A stretch of 55,701 bases of DNA from Fimicolochytrium jonesii (Eukaryota): positions 372,001 through 427,701 of the forward strand of contig NW_026515694.1 in assembly GCF_025526975.1 (NCBI RefSeq), read 5' to 3'. The notes under the pieces were generated by a model. That model ran no database searches. It was not told the DNA's origin and saw only the letters and a list, made by a program, of their open reading frames with translations. The position numbers and the translations under genes were made by a program. This document shows, piece after piece, positions 1-14,008 of this stretch; within the stretch, counting starts at the first letter, position 1; every line of letters starts with the position of its first letter.

Positions 1-61
1 CACTCGCCAAATGGGTCCCCTTCCAGACGTAATACTTCCTAATCCTTTTCGTGCATCCCAG

Positions 62-649
62 GTCGCATACTCCCTCGGATCACTCCTCGCCGTCCGAGCA
101 GTCCTCTCCCTCCCAGCCTCATCACCACCACTAGTCGAAAACTTATACCTCCTCGGCTCCCCCCTCCCACTCACACCCACCATGTGGCAAGCCCTGCGCG
201 CCCGCGTCCCCGGCCGCATCGTCAACTTCTATTCCACAAAAGACTGGGTCCTCGGTTTCCTCCACCGCGCGACGCAAAAACCCGAAAAAGGATGGGGTGT
301 TGCGGGTCTACAACCCGTGAACGTGGACGGGATCGAGAACATCTGCTGTGATGAGTTTGTGGAAGGACATGTGGCGTGGAGGGCTCGCGTGGGCAGGTGT
401 TTGGAGTTGGGCAAGGTAGAGGGCATCAAAGGGGATAAGGCTAGGGAGTGGGAGACGGAAAGTAGGATTGAAGAGGGGGTTGTGGAGGGCTTGAGTGTGG
501 AGGAGATTGTGCAGAAGGAGGTGCCACCGCTCCCATACCGGCCGCCCGCTGATGAGAATGGAGGGGACGGGCCGGAGGTAGCTGGGAAGGCCGCCCGCTT
601 CACCTCCCTTGAGCACCAAGTTGAAGGATTATCAGTCTCTCAATCTTGA
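62..649 (+). CDS. DUF726/TMCO4-like alpha/beta-hydrolase-fold protein, last exon (5' part outside the window)
   Basis: AYSLGS, VENLYLLGSP, VPGRIVNFYSTKDWVLGFLHR, GVAGLQPV and EGHVAW are typical DUF726 C-terminal motifs; probable CAG acceptor at 59-61; stop at 649. Confidence 0.85.
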   Translation, partial: VAYSLGSLLAVRAVLSLPASSPPLVENLYLLGSPLPLTPTMWQALRARVPGRIVNFYSTKDWVLGFLHRATQKPEKGWGVAGLQPVNVDGIENICCDEFVEGHVAWRARVGRCLELGKVEGIKGDKAREWETESRIEEGVVEGLSVEEIVQKEVPPLPYRPPADENGGDGPEVAGKAARFTSLEHQVEGLSVSQS

Positions 650-1546
650 AATCCTACCTCTTGTCACTCCGCTTACATGTATTCACCCCATTGTATAACC
701 AATCTAATGATGCCAGTGGGCCTATCAAGAAAACATATGCAAAATTCCACGTTGATGTTGCGGCCTAGGCCCCAGCTCCACAACAGTCCTCATCTGCGAT
801 TGCCGGCGGGGTTTGGCGCTGATAGTGTGCTGTACAGACGGTCTGAGTAGTTCCGCCTTAAGAAGTGACGACTTTCGAGAAACACTGACAGCATCGACAA
901 TTGAAATACGGAGTGAAATACGACAGCGCGTGGAAAGTCCCCGCCCAGAAACTTGTTCCCCACACCTTCCGCAATCTCTCGAGCCTACAGACGAGTTCCT
1001 CTTTTGCATCAGGCTTGTGGAGGAGTTCCAGTTGCTGCGGAGACATGTTCCTTCCTCGAAACGAGTCTGACAGGAGAGACGTCAAGATCTGCTCCGAAAG
1101 AGGTCGATTTTGAGGTTGAGTGAAGGCTGAGCATCGGGAGCGCTCCGACTTGCAACTAGCGGGGGTATGTCTGACTTCGAACTTGTGGGGACGCGGCTGA
1201 GATCACTTCGCCATGTGCGCCTTGAACAACCAGGCTTGTTGATCGTCACTGTTTCCAGATAACCGCCTATATATATTGTACAATCATATATTGATCCGAT
1301 AGTGCCATGAGGCGTGTGACGGGAAGCAGACGGTAAAGAGCTTGCAACGCTCTATATTCTGCGGTAAGGTTACCCTAGGGTAACCCGAACCGAAGGCCCC
1401 GCTATTGAAACATTTGCAAACGATTTTCAAAGCTACATAGCGCGTTGATCGTCCATGATGAGGGAGGATGGCGCTGCTGGCGGAGTAAAGCGCAAAGGAA
1501 CCAGTAACCGTACAGCCAGGTCTGGCGCAACTGTGCTACAACGAAT

Positions 1547-4500
1547 TCAGTCCCGCTCCCCTCTGAGAGTCTTCAAAGCCGTCCGGTCGCGCACATCGAT
1601 ACCCATAGTCCGCGCTTTGAGCTTCATGTTCACATCGTCCGTGACAAGCACGACCGGACTGACGTTCTTGGGCTGTCGCGCGTTCTGCATAAAGTACCAG
1701 CAGCATTGCAGGATCACATCGTCGTTATTCTTCTTCCTCTCATGCGCAGATTCCTGCGTTGTCCAGTCCTCGGTGCGGATACGTAGGTCGTGGAGGAAGT
1801 TGCCTTGGCTAGTCTGCAGTTTTAGCCAGGCTTTGCGGCGAACGGAGCGTTCCGACTCCATGCCTGTTCCGAACTCAGTGTCCAAGAACTGTACCGCTCG
1901 CTTGGCGGCTAGTCCTACGTCGTCATCGCTATTTTTCAGTCCATCGAGTTCGCTGACGACTGCAGTGGGTACAGGAAATTAGGAGATGGCAACGATTACG
2001 AGCCAGCAGTTTATATTGCTTACCAACTAGTGGCACGCTAATGACCCAATCTCCCGAATTGGCGAGGTCCACAATACCATCCAACCAATAGAGGTAAATG
2101 TTGGTGTCAAAGACAATGGTGGTCTCCCCCGGCACCATCCTCGATGAAGACTGTGTTCCTTCACTCTTGTGCGAGGACAGAAAGCGGTTTCGCGAATCGA
2201 TCGCAGAATTGAGTTGGCGTTTTGCTTCCATTAGGCCCTGAACCGCCTCGTCAACGATGACGTCCACCTCGGATCCGGCGGGCGTGCTCTCTTCGCCAAT
2301 ATGAGGAACATACTCCAGTTCCTCCTCTTCTTCGACACCAACCAATATAGGTTCACCGAGCGTTGCTATTGGTTCGACGTGAGTAACTACGGAGAAGCGG
2401 CCGGTTTCCTCATTGTATGTCAGATGGGAAATCTTAGGGCAGAGCAATCTCGACACTTGCAAGATACGCCACAATCGTCTCCGCGTAGCATTCAAGTCGC
2501 CAGCTCGCAGTCGGGCCATGCCCCTGCTGTCAAGATGCTGATCTACGAGCGAATCAACTTCAGCCGCATCTCGGTGCAGCAGACTCTGGAACTCTTTCGA
2601 TCGGAAGGCACCCGTGAAGAGCATAGAACCGTTAAGCTCCCAATCCTCAGGTAAGATCTCCACACCCACAACATCTTCAAGTGTGGTTCTTGCCGACTCC
2701 CCTTCAGCCATGACGCTTTGCAGCGCGTTGCAGAAATTTGCCAAGGAAGACCAAAAGTGAACATAACGCTGCGATTGCGAGGATTAATATCTCGCTTCAC
2801 CGTCCCTTGCGCGCGATGCCATCGGAATTACCGGTTGTTGTAAGTACGTCAACCATGCTTCCTCCAGTGAAGCCATCCAGAATAACGTTATCCAAACATA
2901 CAACAACCCTCCTTGGCTCAAACTGGCAAAATTTTCATCTCCACTGGATGTGCTTTTCAGCAAGTTCGACAAGCAGAAAGTCATGACATGCATAGCAAGC
3001 GACACCAGATGGTCTTTGAGCGGATCTCGGTCCTGTTCACTTGTAGCAGTGAACTTTCCGAGCTGCGACATGCTGCCATTTGCCGAAGCGAATTGCAAAA
3101 AGACCAAGGCAGCTTCGTCAGAGTCCGAGGTCACGAGGGGCTCGAAATACTTGAGTTGAGACGCGAACTCTGATAGGTATGTCGGGAAATGCTCCGTGCT
3201 ACACCGAGAACAATCAGCTGGGTCCAAAGACCATGGCATACACCATGATACTTACCTGACTTTGGTGAAAAGAATCTCATGCATGCGGATGAAGTCCATT
3301 TTCATCATCTGAGCATCGACTATCCCGCGCCTGCGCGAAAGCTTAGCGGCCGTCAAGCGTTTTTCGACAGTCTTGAACAGGATCGTTAGCGCGTCCTTTG
3401 CGCTCAGAAAGGGTGATTTGACGGTCAAGCTTCGCAAGTAAGCATGGAATGACTCGAGAAAGTGCTCATCATAATTTGATACAATGGCTATCTGATTGTG
3501 ATATAGACCTAGGGTTCGAAGTCAGGATGATGGTACAACCTCCGCAGCATGACATGCCACATCGACGATATTACCTGACTCGCCGCACAAGATGGCAGCT
3601 TCTCTATAATAGCGGCGCGAAATAGACCAATCCAATACGCCCGACGCGGGTGTGTCAGGAGATTTGAGATACATTTGCTCATATCGTTTCAGGTCGCCCA
3701 AGTAGTTAACGGATCGATGCCAGCAGGGTGAGACAGCTGTACGGCGGTAGCCACCGGCCCTGATTGATGGCCACTGGGCTTTGAAAGCGGCGACGAGGTC
3801 CACATACAGCGCCACGCTGGTTGAAATGAACTTCTTCCAGGCACTTCTCACTCCATCCGTGAGTTGCCCGTGTTCCATCTTCAAGTGCGCCCGAAGCTTC
3901 TCAATTGCAGCATATATGCCGTATCGCCACAACCGTGTTTCCAAATCATATTTGACTGCAAGGTCATATTTCGCCTTCATGATCGTAACGTATAGTTTGC
4001 AAGCCCTGAACAGAAATTATTAGTTGTGGTCACCATCACAGGATTCTATCACAAAAACTTGAACTCACTCAGACTGCCTCGTTGTGTAGCGCTGTATGCC
4101 TTCCATGCTATGAACGATTCGTTCTTCCTTATTCATACTTTCGAACTGGGAAATATACTTGTAGGCAGCCTTGAGATCTTGGTGTGAAGAGCCCGCATTT
4201 TCCTGATTTGCAACACGAAGTTCAGAAGAGACATCTGACACTGACAGACACAAGGCCGTGGTACGTACAGTCCGGGTCACTCTGGACGACTTCGGTGCAT
4301 CTGATTCCCCTCGAGTGGCCAATGATGAAAGCCCTTCTCGACCATCCAAATGCCCGGCAAAACGACGGTTAGCCATTCCTTCGACGAGCGCCCGCGACCG
4401 AGAGCGTAATCCAGAGTTATCCGACGCAGCTTCGGTGATCAATGCTCTGTTTGACTTTGTAACTATGCGCTCACAGGCCTGTGACGTGCTTTGGTGCCCA

Positions 4501-5220
4501 ATGTCCTCCGGGTCTACTTCGAGCTCTCGCAACCCAAGTCCGCCGCGGGGGTTCCCCTGTCTGCGATCGCGAGGGGAGCCTCGAGAGGCACTCCGGGGAG
4601 CTCGTTTGGTTCTGCCTCCCGCTGGCGGTCGACGTGCAGGCTGATGCTGTTCGTATCCACCATCAGCCTTGGTGGGTAAAAACCCCATTTGGTCGGAGTA
4701 CAGTCCACGTCCGGCCGACCCTCGACCTCGAACAACCGGACGTGGGGGCGCTACATCTAGCTGAGCCTTATCTTCAGACGCAGGTACGGAAGGTACCAGA
4801 GCTGTTCTCGAGGCTACTTCTGGGCAACGCGCCGCCTCTTGGACCGCCTCCTCATCGATGCTCCTTCGATCATCTTCCGGGTCTTCGTCGGAATGGGATT
4901 CGTCCGACGTCTCAGCGGAAAAAGTGCTGTCCGTGCTCTCACTACGGATAGAACACACTAAGCACTTGAAGTTTGGCCGTGGATTGACGAGTAAGTTTAC
5001 CTCTTATCTGAGTCTGAAGCTGAGGTTGAGCTCTCCGACAACCGCCCAGCCTTCCGTCTCAGGTAACCTCTGGAAATGCGTGGCTTCCTGGACGTGACTG
5101 TGGACATGAAAAGTAAGGCGGCAGGAGCCTCCGTTGGAACTTACAGTAGGCCAGTGAGGTCTTTCTTCCAGAATACTGGAAAACTATAGCTTCCTTGGGT
5201 ATGCGTTCAACGGCTGCCAT
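1547..5220 (-). CDS. EST1/SMG6-like protein: EST1 (14-3-3-like TPR) domain plus C-terminal PIN endonuclease; multi-exon
   Basis: PIN motifs TIVFDTNIYL, NNDDVILQCC and VVLVTDDVNMKLKARTMGI; EST1-like YDLETRLWRYGIY and NYLGDLKRY; probable ATG at 5220 (MAAVERIPKEAIV). Confidence 0.85.
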
Positions 5221-5479
5221 TGCACTCTTCCAGTGGAAGTTGAAAAGCCACGAATGAAGCGGAGGTTCTTTCGGACACGGAGGAGCGCGTTGCAACAGAT
5301 TCCCACCAGCAACCCGAATTCCAATTCCAATTCCAACCTTGCCAGTGCACTTTTCCCACCTGCTGTACTGTACATACATACACAGACAGACCCACAAACA
5401 GGCTGGGTGGTGCTGGGTACACTGCTGGGCTCGCGACCACTTGGGCTGTCAGAGAGAGTTCCGCCTTCTGGTTGGCAAT

Positions 5480-8400
5480 ATGGACGATGTTCTGAAGTGG
5501 TGTGTCGAGGAAATTGCGTTGGAAGGTGCCGAAGGTAGTAGCAGTTCTGTGAACGCAAACCCGTGCAGACCCAAGATTTCCAAGCAAGCTGACCCTTTGC
5601 GCCAGGATGCTCACCCGAGCGACTATGGGAACTACTTGAAAATCGAATAGCTGAGGCCAAGAAAGACCTCAAGGCCGAACCAGCCGAAGGAATCTTGGAG
5701 ATCGTGAGAACTTTACCCGGCAAGCTGGACAAGCACTTGCAGAGCTACCTATGGTCCTTGGTGATAAGATTGAATGATATACAAGCCCTCGCCGTTGACG
5801 ATGAGCGCATCGGTAACCTATCGACTGACGTGAAGCGAAAGAAAGATAACCGCAAAGACCCAGCACAGGTCCGTTTCTTGAGGGGTTCCATTGTTTCTTT
5901 CGGTCCCTTCGCATGAATTAATCGGTAGTATTTCTTATGCAGGACAAGTTAAAGTCAGGTGGCAATGAAATTCCACATGAACTATCGTATACGGATGCGG
6001 TGGGCCGTTATGGGGCACGCATACGACTGGTCGCGAAGGAAACAGTTCGGCGAACAACTATACTCCTGGGAATCGATGTAAGACCACGCGTTAGGGGACT
6101 TTGCGTCAACACCAAGTAAGTTATTGACGCCGCTTGAAACCCTGTAGTCGAACACCATCAGACTGTCTCAAACAGTCTGGGACACTCTAGCGATCATTGC
6201 GCAATCTCGAGCAATAGGCAAAACCCAGGCTGAACTTGCGAAAGCACTAGATCTTGATCCTCGCTCCATGTTCTATTATGTTAAGGGTCTCCTGGCGGCC
6301 AAACTTATGTGAGAAAAGTTTCCTATCTTACATTCCATTCGATGCCTGCTAATATTCGCATAGTGTGAAATATCCTGTGGTCATCAACGGAGCCTTCACG
6401 AACAACTGCGTACTCAAACGATATGCGGTACGCAATGAGGCATACCTGGAATTCAAGAAAGATCATTTGCGAAAATCAAAAGGAACTAGCGATGAGGACT
6501 TCAGCGCTTTGACCGAATCGGACTTCACCTTCGCGTCCAGCATGGCCTTACAACCGACAGGCACTCAGGGTAAAACTTACTACACCGATCTGCTTAAGCA
6601 CAGGGTGACGCAAATCCTGAAGAATGCCAGAAATCAAGTGATGGTTCAAAGTGACCTGATGGATGCCTTGGTAGGTCAATCTATCTACAACCCCTGCACA
6701 AGGGCGTGCTTTTTGATGTATCATTTGTCGCACATAGAAAATAGGCGCCAACAACGACAGATCTGCACGAAAATGGTTCAATCGGACAATAGATGCGCTA
6801 GTGAGAACAGGATTCCTTACCCGCGTGCTTGTCCCTCGCCTAAGATCCGGGGTGGATGTGGGAAACGGCGATCGATGCGTTAAACTCGTCAATATCTTTG
6901 TCCCGCGGCCAATTGAAACGGGTAGTCCCCTTACCAAGCAAGCGAAGACGTCTTATCGTGTGAAGCAGCTGGCTGGAGATGCGGATAAGGAGATGGTGTT
7001 AGGAGAGGGAGGGGTCCTTGCTGATTTGCCATTGGAATGGCAGGTATATCGTTTAATTGCTTTGTCTGGAGAACGTGGCACAACGTCAGGGGTAAGTGCA
7101 AGTGGGATTCGCAAGCGAAGAGAAATCTTAGTCTCACGCATTTTCGGCTACTGGAAGATTATTCAACGCTCTCTGAACAATCTCGGAGAACGAATTCTTG
7201 ACAAAATTTTGAACAAAATCGTAAAACCTTTGACAGCTCCACCGGAGGTCATAGGCGCAATTCGGGTGGCGGAGTTCGCCGGTCGAGAGAGGCGGTATCG
7301 TTATTTCTCACCGGGTGCCTATCACCGGATGCAGCAATCGGAACACGCTGGTGAATACGGGGATTTCGAGCACATAGCTACCAGTGGACCGTCGACACCT
7401 TCGATTACTCCAGTCAAGAATCTGAAGACAGCGAAATCGTCTAGAGCTCGGACTGCGCCAAAAGAAATCAAGCCTCCACGGAAAAAGCGGAAAGTTTACC
7501 ACACCTCAGAGTCGGAAGCGGAATTCTCACAAGCAGACACTTCTGAAGACGCGATGTCGATCGTTTTGCCGAATAATGACGATGATGTTGATAGCGACGA
7601 AAATATAGTTCTCAACAGTTCTCAACAGTCTCAGGTTGACGACGTGAGTACTTTCCGATGCTCAATTCATCACTCATCACCGTTCACCCATGGTGTTGCC
7701 ATTTCAGGCCATTTGCAAAGTATGCAATCGTGACGAGGACGAGGACAAGCTGCTTCTTTGCGACGGGTGCGACCAAGGGGTGCATCTATATTGTTTGGAC
7801 CCTCCGCTGGACGAAGTCCCCGAAGACGATTATTTTTGTTCAGAAAGATGCCGGGAAACAAAGCTTGGGAAGCCGGGAGTGCCCAAACGCATCACAAGAA
7901 GTCAGGTCGCGGCGAGACCGCAACCGGTGGTATCTGTTGAAGCACCACCTGTGGAGATGGTTCCAGAAACTACCGAATTCGCCTCCCGACCAGATCATGC
8001 GGAGTCAGAAACTCCCCTGGCCATTCCGATCCCACACGATCCCGGACCCGCTCAACGGACACCGAAACGCCGACATGTACCGACGATCACATATGTCCGA
8101 CGTCAAAACCTATTATCAAAATTGCTGCAGGAAAAGAAAATTTTGGAAGTTGGGCGACTCCTCTTGGAAGCCTACCACAACTTCTCGATGAAAGACGGCC
8201 AATCTAACCTTCACAAAGTGGATTTGAAGACACTTCGACGTACCGCCGTTACAATGGAAGCGGACAACCTGCTGAAAATATGCACGGTCAGCTTTCCCCA
8301 GATCAGTGGGAAGAATGTCACGAAAACACTGCTTCTTGACAAGTCACTGAAAGTTGACGACTTTGAAGTGGAGCAGTATATCGAAATGATGCGAGATCGT

Positions 8401-11400
8401 CAGGCAGTCCTCCCCCCCGGCGTTCCATTGGCCAAGGGGCAAGTGGAACACCTGGAAGTGGAGCGATTGTCTGATATAAGGAAGCGCCTAGGGGCGCCTC
8501 TGACATCGACCGCAACTAACGTCGACAGCGGGTCGGAAAAAGAAGACAGCGAAGCGCCACAACGCACGGCTGGAAGCAAAGCTCTTCGAAACGCTTACGC
8601 AGAGCAACCGCCACTCTATTTTGCACAGCAGTGCGGATATGTCAATGCGTCCATATTGCGGGCACGAATACTTCACGAATGGCTTGCAGAACACATGCTA
8701 GACAAAAAGGACGCTTCGCATCGTACCCCGGTCTCCATTTCAGCAGGTCCCTTCCGCAACAGCGGAGTCTTCCCCGCCAGTATGTTCACGCGCGATCTGC
8801 CATTCGACGTATATCTGAAGATTGTGGGTCATCAGCAACCTAGTCAAGCTTTCGCTGACTTCATGCATAAAACCAATCACAGTGACATCAGGATGGCTGA
8901 TCTTCCGCTTGCGCTACGGAAGGAGATCTTTGGTCCCAGTTTAGCACGTTTTCGGCGTTTGATCAATCAATCAGTCGACATTCTGCTTGCGCTACAACTT
9001 CTTTTCCCAAACTCCGGAGCTACGAACATGACGCCGAATGTAGAGGCGAATGAGGCCAAAGCACAAAATCAGCTCCGTACTGCATACTACTTGCCAAGCG
9101 TATTACCGTTGTACGACTACATGTCCGACCCGGAGCGCCTGCTTCGTACCTATACGGTGAGGAGCTTCTCAGACATTCAGATGTTTTGGTTGAACCTTGA
9201 ACACGATTGCCTGCGTGGCCTGGATGACAAACGGGCCGTCCCAATGTCGGACACTGAAGGGGAGGCGAGGAGCGAAAGCAAAACGGCTCCTACGTATCTG
9301 TACGCGGGAGGTCAGCAGCTTGCCATGCTGAACATTAAATCCAACTGGACAGCAACTTTCCCGTATACGGAAGCTCAGTTGAAGGTTCTCGGTTCACACG
9401 TCGATACCAAGGCCTTCACCACGCCTCTCCGCAACGATCCGCTCTGCAAAAGACTCTCAGAAGAGACCGGATTAGCTTTGGCTCGGGTCAAATACTATTA
9501 CCATCGCGCGGAAGACAAGTTCCAGAAGAAGCAGCAGGCACGGGAAAAATCAGCCTCTACGCGACGACAAAATGCTTTGCTCAAACGTCAAAAGGCGACA
9601 GAACGGCAAAGATTGGCCCCTACGCCTTCACAAAATGAGGTCACCGCCGAGGACCACATGACCAGGAGTCAGCGCGCGGGTCTGCGCGTGAAGCAAACAA
9701 TCGAAAGCCAGAGGGAAGGGCGACTCGTTGGAAGGCGGACGTACAGAGCTGGGACTGGCAATGCAGCGGCTGCTGGAAAAGGGCCAGCCGCAGCGGCCGC
9801 CTCCTCTTTAGAAGATGTCAATCATGAGACGGTTCCCGTGATCGTGGATGAAGAACGCTACCAAACTCAATACAGGCAGATAGCTAAGCGAGTTCGCGCC
9901 ATATGGTCGCATGAAGATGACGAATTACTGCTTCACGCGTATGCAATGTTACGCGAACATGCGGATGCAAGGTTTCATTGGGACAGACTAGCTCCTTTAT
10001 TCCAAGGGTTTGGTTATGACCCGGACGACCGCAGAAAGATTCGCAATAACTGCCGTCGGCGTATTGCAGTATTGTACAGGACGGCGGAGTCACGCATCAG
10101 CAGCCTGCTCGCCCAATGGCCCAACATCCGACGGAAAGGAATTGACGAAGGCGTGTTCACTCAAGCGGAGTTCGATGAAGCGCACCCAGCATCGTTGGAG
10201 AAAATGGCGAATTACTTCATGCGCAACAACGTATCTGTTTTCGAAGAGGTGGTCGAGCCAGGAGCCCTCGTACATCTGCCAAAGACCCCGGATGCGCTCG
10301 AAGCACTATTCGAACTCAAAGATTTGTCAAATGTGAAACCTCATCCGGAGGACCTAGAAGAGGACGTCGATGAGAGACCGACACAACGGAGTAAAATGTC
10401 TGCTCTCTACGCCAGGTCGCTCACGCTGCAAGCCGAGAAAGAGTCGCATTTGACGCATCCCCGTAATGTGCCAAACATTGGTTATCTTGAGGAGAGTGTT
10501 GCTAGAGCCGTGATCAAGGTATGAGCAGTCACCTGATTTATTTGGCGGTCGCTCCTATCTTTAATACACTTGTCGCAGATGATATTGCTAACCCCTGAAG
10601 CAAGCTACCAATCTTCGCATGCCTTCTGGATACTACAAGCGTTCAATTCTGATGTCATAGAGACGGCAGTGCGCAAATTAAATGCCACGCAAACAATTGT
10701 GAAAGTCAAAGGATCGACGGATAGGAGAGTCCCGGGCCGTGGTTACGTCCTTTCCGATAAGTATGGATCATCTGTTCTCTACATGGATTTCGGGTGTGCT
10801 CACATCGTGCTAACCCGTCGTCCTTCTCAAAGGTTCCTTTCGAGTATTACAGGAGTTCTGCCGGATCGCATACTGCCACAAGCATTGGCTTTTCGATCGA
10901 GTTTACTTGAACAATTGAAAGACAGCCCATCATGCATTTTCGAGCCATTTACCAATAGTGGTTCCATGATGGTTCTGCTGGAAGCAACGAGCTGCCGAAT
11001 AGTACGGCTGCAACCGAAGTTCTTGGAAAAGAATATTTCGTTCAACCGCGTGATGGATGTCCATGAAGGTATCCTTCAATCGCGATTTCGTCCTCGGGGC
11101 TTGTCCATATATGCTGACTGAGAATTACCCGTAGATCCGGCGAAAGGTCATTTCGACGTGCGTATAATAAGGACCCCGATGCTTGAAACGAGCAGTGCAG
11201 TAGCAAGCGAACGGGCAAACGGGGCTTCGGACGCCAACCAAGCCGTCATCGAGACCAAACTCCCTTATGGCCCGCACGGAACATTGAGCGATGGAGCTAC
11301 ACTCAACGCAATTGCCTTGGAGACGGAGGACGATCGGCCGTGGTTGGAAAAAGTCTACCAGATCGTCAAGGAGGCTGGTGACATCGCGATATCCTTAACC

Positions 11401-12218
11401 GACCTGGAGGTGGGCATGGTGGTCGCCGCTATTGACTTCCATCGCAACGGGATATTGAACGCTTGTTTCTCTGTTATGCTCACCAGCACAAGTTCACAAA
11501 CTGGGGAGGGGCGCTACCATGCCTGCGACGATGTTTGGCGAGTTTCGAAGCCTCATCTCAGGGGACCGGCGAGCCACCGGTCATCGTCAAAGTCGGCTTC
11601 GATGACGTGCGATATGTGTTACGTGAGTACGTCAACAGATGGCAGATTCCAGTGTACCCCGAACGCACGGACACGGATACGAACGTCGACATCCAGCCAA
11701 CGACGTTTGTCCCGGCGAGGATGTGGTACGACATCCACGGGAATGCCGTTAATGCTGTCAAACGTGCCTGTCTGGAAGTTGTACTTGGGATCATGGTCAA
11801 GAAGCCAGGCATTTATGAGGTACGAGCATTTCTCGAAATGAGGCATCTGGACGTGAACTTGAGAAGTGAATGCCTCTTTCCGCTTACAGTCCAAGATCTT
11901 CGAGAGAGTCGAAAGCCTGATGACCAGGATGGATCTCATGGAGGTGCTGGACATCTTGGTTCAGAGAGGGGCCTGCTCACGACAGACAATCGTGAAAGCA
12001 CCTCCCATTACGAACGTGTTTGACGCGTTGTTTGGCTCTTCTGGAGTGGAGACGAGTCCATGCATCATTGAGGGTGGTAAGCACAAAGTCACGGATTCAT
12101 TTACTTGCGTCGCGAATGATTCCTCACCGTTTTCCCCCTCTTAGATGACGAGTCCTTCAGCGACAGGAAAATCAATTGCTATTGGCCCTTGCCTCATTGG
12201 TACATGAAAACGTCATAG
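5480..12218 (+). CDS. TFC3: RNA polymerase III factor TFIIIC B-block-binding subunit (Tfc3/Sfc3/GTF3C1) with an internal PHD finger; multi-exon
   Basis: N-terminus MDDVLKWCVEEIALEGAEG; B-block winged helix IIAQSRAIGKTQAELAKALDLDPRSMFYYVKGL (about 6190-6310); C-terminal KVGFDDVRYV, PARMWYDIHG and VKKPGIYE; last exon ends YWPLPHWYMKTS, TAG at 12216-12218. Confidence 0.88.
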
Positions 12219-12565
12219 GTCAATAAGGTTGAAGGGTTCGATCGAGTTGCCTTGTCATGCAGTCTTGGAGGCCATACTTTAGTGCTCCAAGTTCGAAATC
12301 ATCACTGTAAATAGCTTTGTACATAGCGCTCCACCTCTAGATATACACTAAATTTTGCTTTTCTTTCACCTTACAAATTCAAATGAGAACAGCTTTGGAA
12401 CGACTGGCCCTGCACCTCAATGCTGGCATTCAGCGACGCTCTGCTCACTTTCCGACGTTCAAGCCCCTTAGAACTTTGTGGTGCACGGTCAGCTTGGGAA
12501 CTCATGTGATTTGTGTATTGATGCCAAGGTACATTATGGCGAATAGCGTGAGTTCAACACCACGA

Positions 12566-13470
12566 TCAAGCCGACTTCCATGCGGTATAAAATTGCGCTA
12601 CAGCAGCAATCGTCCCGCAGATTCCCACGCCCACATCCGGGAACGAGCTGGACTCCAGCGACCAGTGGATAGTCAGCGGGAAGTACGCAGCGTTGATGAG
12701 TGCGTTGATAGCCAACATATTCTTCTCCTCATTCAGCTTCTGCACATCGGCGACCAAGCCTCCCACGTCCACCTCCTTCACATCACCGCCGACCTTAACC
12801 TTCCGTTCCCTCAACTCGCGCTCCCTCTTTCTCAAAAGCTTGCGCTCCTCCCACAGCTGGCCAAAGTACAAGACGACATACGCCGCCCAGAACCGGCACG
12901 ACCAGATCCCGATCCTATCCCTCGTCTCCGGCTTCATCTTCACGACCTGGTGTAGGCCGAGCCAGTAGGCGTGTTCCAGCGGGTAATAGCAGAAATTGCA
13001 CAGGTTCTGGAGTCGAGTCAGCAGCTGCAGTTTGGCGGTGGGCGCCGGATTGGCTTCGGAGTAGAGCGCCCATTGGGTGAGGGGGATGAGGCCGTAGTAG
13101 CGGAGCAGGATGCGGAAGTCGGAGATGGGCCCGACCAGGTTAAGGATTCGTTGGACGAGGGTGGAGGCCTTTTCGGGGTTGCGTCGGAGGTGCCATATCA
13201 GGATTTTGGAGGCATATTGCACCAGCTAGAAAGGGAAATCGCGTCGTGAGTCTAATGGCATGGTTGGTGCAAGCGGAGAAGAGCAGTGCCTTACCATAAG
13301 AACCTTGTCAGTACCTCTGCAACAGGGGGAATCGGACCGGTGAGCAGGGGTGATCTTGGCGAACACTCGAAGACGAAAGGACGGACGCGAACAAACCTGA
13401 CAGAGTTCAGGAATCGACTTAGCTTGTCGAGCGTTGGGTTGGGCCGGAGGACCTTCATGACTGCAGCCAT
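12566..13470 (-). CDS. PEX11: Peroxisomal biogenesis factor 11 (PEX11) family protein; 3 exons
   Basis: Spliced N-terminus LDKLSRFLNSVRGTDKVLMLVQYASK; ISDFRILLRYYGLIP, YYPLEHAYWL, IGIWSCRFWAAYV and INAAYFPLTIHWS. Confidence 0.85.
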
Positions 13471-14008
13471 GTCCGATGAGAAGGGAAAGGGGATGTTACG
13501 TTGTCCAATAGCGAGGCAGCAATCTAGATGCCTGTTTTATGCGAAGTTACTTATGGATCTACGAAAGGAACAACAGGAAACACAAGGATGCCCATTGCCC
13601 ACACGGGAAGGTGGCGCGGATATACTGTGCCGACACGGAAGCCGGAAAGCACGTGTGCAAATGACACATGGCCATTCTTCGACGCGCTTTTACAGTAACT
13701 ACAAGTTTCCAACAGCATTCCGTTCTCTTCGAGAGGGGTTACTTTTGTATTGACAGAGATAGGAAAGCATGATGAATAGTACTAACGAGCTCCCAGATTA
13801 ATACGGAAACAGGCACCGACTGATTCTGACCGTTCTCCGTCTCCAAGGACGAGGGGCCCACAGGAAATCAAACGAAAAGGCAAGAACGCACACAAGAGTT
13901 TGGCCCACAAAACAGGCCAACGGTCCTCAGAACCATTCCGAAACTGACGTGCCGGGTACACACGGTGGGCGAATGAGGAGGGTATATTCGAACCTTTTTT
14001 CTCGATTC

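Noticed and set aside
725..1214. Short ORFs between DUF726 and the SMG6-like gene
   Set aside because: No recognisable motif and no consistent start or splice model.
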